DNA from: a virus
Taxonomy: Duplodnaviria > Heunggongvirae > Uroviricota > Caudoviricetes
IMG/VR virus record: IMGVR_UViG_2585427784_000004
Location: 1-17,409 of that record
DNA: 17,409 nt
Reading direction: 5' to 3' (one strand)
The position numbers were made by a program, and so were the translations under genes. The notes below the pieces were generated by a model. The model made no database searches. It saw nothing but the letters and a program-made list of their open reading frames with translations, and had not been told where the DNA came from. Shown here piece by piece: positions 8,266 through 14,789 of the stretch. Every line of letters starts with the position of its first letter. Within the stretch, counting starts at the first letter, position 1.

Positions 8266-8847
8266 ATGAGCGAAAGGAAAAGAATTGAAGATCAGTATCT
8301 TCTCTATCATTTAACATGTATGGATAATCTACCTAGTATTTTAGACACAGGATTAAGATCTCGTGCATCAGTAAAAGGTGAGTTTGTTGATGTGGCCGAC
8401 GGTGAAATAATAACAGGACGCGAAGCATTAAATTTGCAAACAATGGTTCCTTTTCATTTCTTTACTAAGAATCCATTTGATGGAAGAGTCCTGAAAGATC
8501 ATAAGGAAAAATCATTTTGTATTATTTCGGTTTGTCGGGCATTTGCCAAAGAAAATGGTTGGAAAGTTATCCCTAAACATCCATTATCCACCAGTTCTGT
8601 TATAGACCTCTTAGATTATGAACAAGGAATGGCCCAAATTGACTGGGAGCTTATGAATATAAGGGATTATAAAAATGCAGAATGCAAATCTGTATGTATG
8701 GCTGAGTGTTTATCAAGTGTAACGGTCGAGCCGAAAAATTTCCATTGCATCTTTGTCAAAAATGATAACGAAAAAAAATATGTTGAAAGGTTGATAAAAC
8801 AACAAGGATTAAGTATATTGATAACGATCAACACTTATATGTTCTAA
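8266..8847 (+). CDS. darT: DarT-like DNA ADP-ribosyltransferase toxin (DUF4433-type)
   Basis: 193 aa. N-terminal LLYHLTCMDNLPSILDTGL matches the DarT hallmark (..YH.T...NLP.IL..GL) as I remember it from Thermus DarT, and a C-terminal ...CMAECLSSV... Glu-containing motif sits where the catalytic Glu would be. Followed 4 nt later by a macrodomain gene. AT-rich codon usage. Confidence 0.75.
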   Translation: MSERKRIEDQYLLYHLTCMDNLPSILDTGLRSRASVKGEFVDVADGEIITGREALNLQTMVPFHFFTKNPFDGRVLKDHKEKSFCIISVCRAFAKENGWKVIPKHPLSTSSVIDLLDYEQGMAQIDWELMNIRDYKNAECKSVCMAECLSSVTVEPKNFHCIFVKNDNEKKYVERLIKQQGLSILITINTYMF

Positions 8848-8851
8848 TTCT

Positions 8852-9823
8852 ATGATTAAGTATGCAAGCGGAAATCTTCTAAACTCTACATCGCAAGCTC
8901 TTGTGAATGCTGTAAACTGCCAAGGAGTCATGGGAAAGGGTATTGCTTTGGCTTTTAAAGAAACTTTTCCCTATAATTTCGAAGTTTATAAGAGAGCATG
9001 CGCCACTGGTACAATGAAAATTGGACAGGTTTTAATTGTAGAGGAAAAGGGAAAAATAATTGTAAACTTTCCCACTAAAGATAGTTGGAGAAAAAAATCA
9101 ACATATGATTTTATCTCGCAAGGCCTTGAATCTTTAGCAAAAATTATAGACGAAAAAAAAATTACATCAATATCAATACCACCTTTAGGCTGTGGTAATG
9201 GGGGCCTCGATTGGAATAAGGTTGAGGCTCTTATTTTAAAAACTTTTCAAAATTTAGATAATGTTGATGTGGTAATTTATCCGCCTGCAACTAACAATCA
9301 ACTTTCAAAAAATAAAAATGTTATTAATGCTAAGCATCTTTTGGTTCACTACGCCTATGGAAAATTAAAAGTTAAGCAAAAATATTCCCTTTATACAGTT
9401 TTTTATATTTGCGAATGTATTGAGAAAGCAAATCTTTTTTTATTCGATTTTAAACATGGTCGGCCATACTCTTCTGAGTTAGAAAATATTATGAAGGATA
9501 TAGCAAACCTTAAAGTTGAGTTGCAAGGAGATTTTGATGCTTTTATTGAAGATTATATTAATACTCATCAATCCAAAGAGTTACAAACCGAGTTTGGTAA
9601 ACTAATCTCAACTTTAAATCCAAGTATAAGTTTGCTCAATGCTCTTAAAAATAAGATTGATTATACAGATAGCGTACATGTGATTACGAGAATTGCTAAA
9701 GAAAAAGATCATGGCTTGCATATTGACAATTTCAAAGAATATGAAAATATTGTGCAGCATTTAATTAAAAATGGATTGGTAATCGAAGATATTTTTAACG
9801 AACTAAAAATAAAGGGAAGTTAG
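8852..9823 (+). CDS. darG: DarG-like antitoxin: N-terminal macrodomain (ADP-ribosyl hydrolase) plus C-terminal domain
   Basis: 323 aa. The first ~150 aa carry macrodomain signatures (NAVNCQGVMGKGIALAF..., ...ISIPPLGCGNGGLDWNKV...). The C-terminal ~170 aa is helical and K/E-rich, consistent with a DarT-binding domain. Gene order toxin then antitoxin. Confidence 0.8.
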   Translation: MIKYASGNLLNSTSQALVNAVNCQGVMGKGIALAFKETFPYNFEVYKRACATGTMKIGQVLIVEEKGKIIVNFPTKDSWRKKSTYDFISQGLESLAKIIDEKKITSISIPPLGCGNGGLDWNKVEALILKTFQNLDNVDVVIYPPATNNQLSKNKNVINAKHLLVHYAYGKLKVKQKYSLYTVFYICECIEKANLFLFDFKHGRPYSSELENIMKDIANLKVELQGDFDAFIEDYINTHQSKELQTEFGKLISTLNPSISLLNALKNKIDYTDSVHVITRIAKEKDHGLHIDNFKEYENIVQHLIKNGLVIEDIFNELKIKGS

Positions 9824-10375
9824 TAGCGCTATTTTCAATTTTTTTGCTGAAATTGCGCATGCACACTCTCACGCATTATAGATGCGGCGTTAATCCCGCC
9901 AGGAGTGTTGTTTAATAAATTGAACTATTTCTGCATTGAAGGATCAACTTACGCATTCGCTGACAACGCAGGCACTCTCCTGGCTAAGCAGAAATTCAGA
10001 GTAACCAACTGGCACTTTTACAACAATTTTATTATCAGTTGCGGCTCCATGACTTTCTGGTGGGATAACAAAGCAATTAAGGCGTGGTATTGTAAGTATC
10101 CCGCATAATCATGCTAGTAACATTTGTCCCCCATGTAACCTAATTAAGGCAACTTCCGCTCTTCGCTCACAGTGAACCTCCATGTTTGTAAACCCGTATA
10201 TTTCGTTTTTTAAGTGGTCATTCAGATACGGATTTTCACTTCTCTTGGCTGTGCATGACTATGCTGCATGAAATTGCATGATCGTTTGAGGATCGTTTTT
10301 GCTGAGGCCCCCCAGAACTGGCGGGCTTTCGCTTATGTCATGCAGGTGCATGAAAATCACTGCATAAAGCGGGCA

Positions 10376-10394
10376 GGCGTGGCGGGGATACGAG
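10376..10394. other. cos-like motif (possible remnant of the cohesive-end site)
   Basis: GGCGTGGCGGGGA (10376-10388) is identical to the first 13 nt of the 186 cohesive end as I recall it (GGCGTGGCGGGGAAAGCAT; P2 GGCGAGGCGGGGAAAGCAC), then diverges. Upstream are five TGCATGA-like repeats (10252-10370) that could be terminase-recognition elements. Rests on recalled sequences only. Confidence 0.25.
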
Positions 10395-10477
10395 CGCGCG
10401 CTGGAGGGATAAATGGAATTGAAAATGTACCTTCTTAGAGATAACCTTCGCTAAAACTTTATTACTAAGGAGTGATA

Positions 10478-12220
10478 ATGAGTACCTGGAACCAAGCCTA
10501 TTCTGCAAGAGAAGATTTGAAATCGTATGGTGATAATGGACTGGCTTTGTTTGCGTTAGCATTACATTTCAGAATTGATGACATTGATAGTGTCGCAGCA
10601 GAGTCCATTACCGATGGACATGACGATAAGAAATGTGACCTTGTGTATATTAATGAAGAAGAAGAATTTGCTGTACTTGCTCAATGCTATTTCTCAAGCA
10701 AAGATAGACAGGAAGCTCCAGCAAATAAAGCGAGTGATCTTAATATTGCTTTAGCATGGCTTCTGCAAAGAGATTTGCATGATGTACCCGATAGAATAAA
10801 ATCTTCTGCTCAACAGATACGGACATCAATCAAACAAGGGAAAATTAAAACTCTGTACGTTTGGTATGTTCATAACTTACCATCTTCAACAAATGTGGCT
10901 CAAGAGCTAATTACGGTTCAGCAGACAGCAACAACTATTTTAAAACATGATTTTGAAGATGCTAAAATACAAGTGCATGCAATGGAAGTAGGCACTGAAA
11001 AGTTGACGGAATGGTATAGTGAATCACTATCACCAATACTGGTTGATGAGATTTTCAATATTAAAGTCAGTGATGGTGGCTATGAAATAAAAGGAGATAA
11101 TTGGAATGCATTCTGTACTACCATTCAGGGAAGAGATTTAGCTAGAGCGTACAAAAAGCATAAATTAAAAATATTTTCAGCAAATGTTAGAGACTACCTT
11201 GGATCAAGGTCATCTGATTCAAATATCAATAATGGTATCCGTAACAGTGCGGAAAATTCAGCATCAGAATTTTGGGCATACAATAATGGCGTAACTGTTT
11301 TGGTTCATGAATATAAATTCAATGAAGCATCAAAGAATCTTGAAATCAGAGGGATGTCAATAGTTAATGGAGCACAGACAACAGGTGCTTTAGGAACGCT
11401 GCCACGATTACCTCCAGAATCAGTTAAAGTCCAAGCTAGATTTATAAAAGTCAAAGATGCGGATGCTGATCTAATTCAGAATATAATTCAGTATAATAAC
11501 AGTCAGAATAAAGTTGAAGCATCTGATTTCAGAAGCACAGACAAAATTCAAAAACGACTTAAAAATGAATTTGCTTCTATTCCTGATGCTGAATATGATG
11601 GAGGAAGACGAGGAGGTGCTGAAAGTGTCATTCGTCGAAAAACTAATCTACTGCCTTCTTATACTGTTGGTCAAGCTTTGATGAGTTTCCATGGAGAGCC
11701 GACGGTAGCTTATAATCAGCGATCTGCAATTTGGACTAATGACTCTCATTATTCTAAGATTTTTAATGACAGTACAAAAGCTTCACATATTGTTTGTGCG
11801 TATTCTCTCATGCGGTGTATTGAGAACAAGAAAATAGCTTTGGCAAAGAAAGATACTCTTTCAAAAAATGATAGCGCTCAATTGGGATATCTCAGGCATC
11901 GTGGTTCAATACCTTTATTGTGCTCGGCTATTGCCGAATGTTTGGAAAACTTTTTGGGCCGTCCCGTTCCTAATTTATTTAGAGTTTCGTTTGGAAGTAC
12001 GGTTTCTCCTTCTCAGGCTGAAAGTATTTGGGAGCCAATTGTAGATGTGTGTCTGGCTTTAAGTAATCAGTTGCTGCCTGCACTGGTTGAAGGAGGGTTG
12101 AAAAGTCCTACAAAAGTTAAAGATTGTATATCAAATTTTTCACAGCTTATTACTGCAACGGCCCAAATGAACCAGCCTGTATATGAGGCATTTGAGAAAA
12201 AAATCAAATCCGCATTCTAA
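10478..12220 (+). CDS. 580-aa orphan cargo protein; candidate single-gene abortive-infection/defence protein, tentatively AIPR-like
   Basis: ATG 10478 with TAAGGAG upstream. Long, clean ORF with AT-rich codon usage. Internal motifs FWAYNNGVTVLVHEY and MSIVNGAQTTGALG resemble what I recall of AIPR / DGQHR-type Abi proteins; the N-terminal segment is acidic (DGHDDKKCDLVYINEEEEFAVLAQ). Followed by a strong terminator. Family assignment is unverified. Confidence 0.8.
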   Translation: MSTWNQAYSAREDLKSYGDNGLALFALALHFRIDDIDSVAAESITDGHDDKKCDLVYINEEEEFAVLAQCYFSSKDRQEAPANKASDLNIALAWLLQRDLHDVPDRIKSSAQQIRTSIKQGKIKTLYVWYVHNLPSSTNVAQELITVQQTATTILKHDFEDAKIQVHAMEVGTEKLTEWYSESLSPILVDEIFNIKVSDGGYEIKGDNWNAFCTTIQGRDLARAYKKHKLKIFSANVRDYLGSRSSDSNINNGIRNSAENSASEFWAYNNGVTVLVHEYKFNEASKNLEIRGMSIVNGAQTTGALGTLPRLPPESVKVQARFIKVKDADADLIQNIIQYNNSQNKVEASDFRSTDKIQKRLKNEFASIPDAEYDGGRRGGAESVIRRKTNLLPSYTVGQALMSFHGEPTVAYNQRSAIWTNDSHYSKIFNDSTKASHIVCAYSLMRCIENKKIALAKKDTLSKNDSAQLGYLRHRGSIPLLCSAIAECLENFLGRPVPNLFRVSFGSTVSPSQAESIWEPIVDVCLALSNQLLPALVEGGLKSPTKVKDCISNFSQLITATAQMNQPVYEAFEKKIKSAF

Positions 12221-12224
12221 CTAA

Positions 12225-12256
12225 AAGAAGGCCTTGTAAGAGGCCTTCTTGATATT
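12225..12256. terminator. Rho-independent terminator, probably bidirectional, between the 580-aa gene and the convergent portal fragment
   Basis: Perfect 10-bp stem AAGAAGGCCT (12225-12234) / AGGCCTTCTT (12241-12250), 6-nt loop, then GATATTTTA. An A run lies on the opposite side. Confidence 0.6.
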
Positions 12257-12281
12257 TTACTGATCAGCGAACATATTGTCG

Positions 12282-12662
12282 TCATAATGAGTATGTCGCA
12301 AAACGGATAATTTCATCTTTCAACCATCTATTTAGTTCCTGTAGCCGTTTCTGTAGCGGCATCAATTCGTTACGAACAAAAACGCAACTGGCTTTCTCTA
12401 CATCCCCAAACCCTCCAACATTATTAGGCATAATCCCCATCATCTGAGGCGGCACACGGTGTGCCGCCATCATGTCATCGCGGCTGACATTTTTGATATT
12501 CAGAAACTCATCCTTCGCCGCGACTTCTGATATCTGGCGGTATTGCCCGTCTGCGCACAGCAGGCCGGGGGCCAGATTGCTGTGGGACAGGTCGATGTCC
12601 ACCTTATCGGCTTTGTTGCGCCCACGGTTGAACAGCGCACCGGACCAGAACGGATACGACGC
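12282..12662 (-). pseudogene. C-terminal fragment (~125 codons) of the phage portal gene (gpQ-like); N-terminal two thirds deleted
   Basis: Minus-strand frame open through 12282-12746. Protein-like C-terminal sequence ...RVPPQMMGIMPNNVGGFGDVEKASCVFVRNELMPLQKRLQELNRWLKDEIIRFATYSL. The first 28 codons of the tracked ORF are antisense to gpU and not credible. Orientation and position next to cos match P2 Q. Portal identity is from memory. Confidence 0.5.
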
Positions 12663-13148
12663 ATGATGATGGTGCTGGGATTGTACGTGTTTATGCTGCG
12701 CACCGTGCCGTATCAGGAGCTGCAGTATCAACGCAGCTGGCGACATGCGGCAAACAGCCGGGTAAACCGACGTCCGTCCACGCAGTTTCTGGGACCGGAC
12801 AACGACATGCTGACGCTTTCCGGTGTTCTTATGCCGGAGATAACAGGTGGCAGGCTGTCGTTGCTGGCACTGGAGCAGATGGCAGAACAGGGGAAAGCAT
12901 GGCCCCTGATTGAAGGCAGCGGCACGATTTATGGCATGTATGTGATTGAGGGACTGAATCAGACTAAAACGGAGTTTTTCCGCGACGGTATGCCGCGCCG
13001 GATTGAGTTCACCCTGTCGCTCAAAAGGGTGGATGAATCATTGTCCGATATGTTCGGTGATCTCAGTGCGCAACTGAATAATCTGCAGGACACGGCAACG
13101 TCTGCCTTAAGCGATATCAGTAAAACGGTGGGAGGGCTGCTGTCGTGA
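12663..13148 (+). CDS. Tail protein gpU (P2 U family)
   Basis: About 160 aa from the ATG triplet at 12663-12671. Sequence MVLGLYVFMLRTVPYQ...RSWRHAANSRVNRRPSTQFLGPDNDMLTLSGVLMPEITGG...EGSGTIYGMYVIEG... Stop overlaps the gpD start (GTGA). The 40 upstream codons in the ORF track are read-through over the portal fragment. Confidence 0.8.
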   Translation: MMMVLGLYVFMLRTVPYQELQYQRSWRHAANSRVNRRPSTQFLGPDNDMLTLSGVLMPEITGGRLSLLALEQMAEQGKAWPLIEGSGTIYGMYVIEGLNQTKTEFFRDGMPRRIEFTLSLKRVDESLSDMFGDLSAQLNNLQDTATSALSDISKTVGGLLS

Positions 13149-14245
13149 ATTTCAGCTCTGAACTGCTTAACAAAGGCAACAAAACTCCCGCATTCAGCAT
13201 CAGTATTGAGGGCAGGGATATCACCACTGTGCTGGATAACCGCCTGATGAGTCTGACGCTGACGGACAATCGGGGCTTTGAAGCGGACCAGCTTGATCTG
13301 GAGCTGGACGACGCCGATGGAAAAATAGCGCTGCCGCGCCGTGGTGCGGTCATTACGCTGGCGCTGGGCTGGAAGGGGCAGCCGCTTTTCCCGAAAGGGG
13401 CATTCACGGTGGACGAGATTGAACACACTGGCGCACCGGACCGCCTGACTATCCGGGCGCGAAGTGCTGATTTTCGGGAAACGCTGAATCCCCGCCGTGA
13501 AAAGTCGTGGCACAAGACCACTGTCGGGGAAGTGGTGAAGGAAATAGCTGTGCGGCACAAACTGAAGATGGCACTGGGTAAAGACCTGTCAGATAAACCC
13601 GTGGAACATATAGACCAGACCAATGAGAGTGACGGCAGTTTTCTGATGCGGCTGGCGCGCCAGTACGGTGCTATTGCGTCGGTGAAAAATGGCAATCTGT
13701 TATTCATCCGGCAGGGACAGGGTAAAAGCGCCAGCGGTAAACCACTACCGGTGATCACTATCACACGTAAGGACGGCGACAGTCACCGCTTTACCCTGGC
13801 AGATCGCGGAGCCTATACGGGCGTAATTGCCAGTTGGTTGCATACCCGCGAACCCGCGAAGAAAGAAAGCACCACGGTGAAGCGTAAGCGCAGGACTAAG
13901 AAGCAGAAGAAAGAGCCGGAAGCGAAGCAGGGCGATTACCTGGTGGGTACGGATGAAAACGTGCTGGTACTTAATCGCACCTATGCCAACCGGAGCAACG
14001 CCGAACGGGCGGCAAAAATGCAGTGGGAACGCCTGCAACGCGGCGTTGCGTCATTCTCGCTACAACTGGCGGAAGGGCGGGCAGATCTCTACACGGAAAT
14101 GCCAGTGAAAGTCAGTGGCTTTAAACAGCTGATAGATGATGCGGAATGGACCATTACGACTCTGACACATACCGTCAGCCCGGATAACGGTTTTACGACC
14201 AGTCTGGAGCTTGAAGTGAGGATTGATGATTTCGAAATGGAATGA
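13145..14245 (+). CDS. Tail protein gpD (P2 late gene D family)
   Basis: 366-aa ORF directly after U and before ogr, the P2/186 order F-E-T-U-D-ogr. Carries a basic insert KKESTTVKRKRRTKKQKKEPEAKQ. Start is GTG at 13145, overlapping the U stop. Confidence 0.85.
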   Translation: MNFSSELLNKGNKTPAFSISIEGRDITTVLDNRLMSLTLTDNRGFEADQLDLELDDADGKIALPRRGAVITLALGWKGQPLFPKGAFTVDEIEHTGAPDRLTIRARSADFRETLNPRREKSWHKTTVGEVVKEIAVRHKLKMALGKDLSDKPVEHIDQTNESDGSFLMRLARQYGAIASVKNGNLLFIRQGQGKSASGKPLPVITITRKDGDSHRFTLADRGAYTGVIASWLHTREPAKKESTTVKRKRRTKKQKKEPEAKQGDYLVGTDENVLVLNRTYANRSNAERAAKMQWERLQRGVASFSLQLAEGRADLYTEMPVKVSGFKQLIDDAEWTITTLTHTVSPDNGFTTSLELEVRIDDFEME

Positions 14246-14270
14246 TTCTTCGCAATGGAGAACTTTTAAG

Positions 14271-14298
14271 TTTGCAAAATGGAATAATGCGGTATCAT
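14271..14298 (+). promoter_or_regulatory. Candidate ogr promoter: TTTGCA - 16 nt - TATCAT
   Basis: -35-like TTTGCA at 14271-14276 and -10-like TATCAT at 14293-14298, upstream of the ogr RBS GGGGAG (14320-14325). Confidence 0.3.
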
Positions 14299-14335
14299 TA
14301 TTGTGAATTTAGCAAAAATGGGGAGAACTCGAAAA

Positions 14336-14554
14336 ATGATGATTTGCCCACTGTGTGGAAGTGCCGCCCATACTCGCAGCAGTTTTCAGGTATCTTCATT
14401 GACCAAAGAGCGTTACAACCAGTGCCAGAACATTAACTGCAGCCATACTTTTGTTACCCATGAAACTTTTGTTCGTTCGATTGCAACGCCAAAAGAGTCA
14501 AATCCGGTTCAGCCGCATCCAATGAAATCAGGACAGGTAGCGCTCTCTCTTTGA
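14336..14554 (+). CDS. ogr: Ogr/Delta-type zinc-finger late-gene transcription activator
   Basis: 72 aa from ATG 14336: MMICPLCGSAAHTRSS...ERYNQCQNINCSHTF... matches P2 Ogr (MFHCPLCQHAAHARTS...ERYHQCQNVNCSATF) including the C2C2 finger and length. The upstream GTG at 14303 in the ORF track is unlikely. Confidence 0.85.
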   Translation: MMICPLCGSAAHTRSSFQVSSLTKERYNQCQNINCSHTFVTHETFVRSIATPKESNPVQPHPMKSGQVALSL

Positions 14555-14634
14555 CGCTGCCGCCATTTTGTCGCCATCGTTAAAAAACAGTGCTTCTAAC
14601 ATCATGATCTTAAACAGCTTAAATTTCAGGCAAC

Positions 14635-14677
14635 AAAAAACCCATCAACCTTGAACCGAAATGGCGGGGTTGATGGG
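14635..14677 (-). terminator. Rho-independent terminator downstream of ybjL
   Basis: 10-bp perfect inverted repeat CCCATCAACC (14641-14650) / GGTTGATGGG (14668-14677) with a 17-nt loop. On the minus strand it is followed by TTTTTTGTTG (plus-strand A run 14635-14640). Confidence 0.5.
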
Positions 14678-14789
14678 CTCCACAAAATGGGGACATCAAA
14701 GAAAAGCAGTGGCACTAATTAAGACTGATGCCCTGCGGAAAAGTTCTGCGGTTGTGCAAAAAAATTTCATTTTCAGGGCAACTTCAGTT

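Larger units (their letters stand above)
1..14600. mobile_element. Degenerate P2/186-family prophage (int ... ogr). Left end (attL) at or beyond window start; right end (attR) somewhere in 14555-14789, not pinpointed
   Basis: Gene order int - cI - cox/apl - cII - early operon - A - SOS module - cargo - portal fragment - U - D - ogr matches the integrated P2/186 map. Flanked on the right by host ybjL-ybjM-grxA. Virion genes P through T are absent. Confidence 0.85.

Noticed and set aside
9905-10108. 67-aa plus-strand ORF between darG and the 580-aa gene
   Set aside because: Starts at GTG immediately abutting an AGGAG with no spacer, and the translation is not protein-like. The region is more plausibly the cos and regulatory region.
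12543-12662. 40-codon N-terminal extension of gpU in the ORF track, and the 64-aa plus-strand ORF 12472-12666
   Set aside because: Both overlap the better-supported portal fragment on the minus strand and translate to junk-like sequence. gpU homology begins at the ATG triplet at 12663-12671.
12959-13764. Two overlapping minus-strand ORFs of 199 and 215 aa
   Set aside because: Antisense to gpU and gpD, with Ser/Arg/Pro-rich low-complexity translations. The plus-strand genes are recognisable phage tail proteins.
14555-14789. Possible tRNA or tmRNA integration target at the right prophage end
   Set aside because: No cloverleaf-like arms or conserved T-loop (GTTCRANNC) found by eye. The only strong structure is a terminator hairpin for ybjL.
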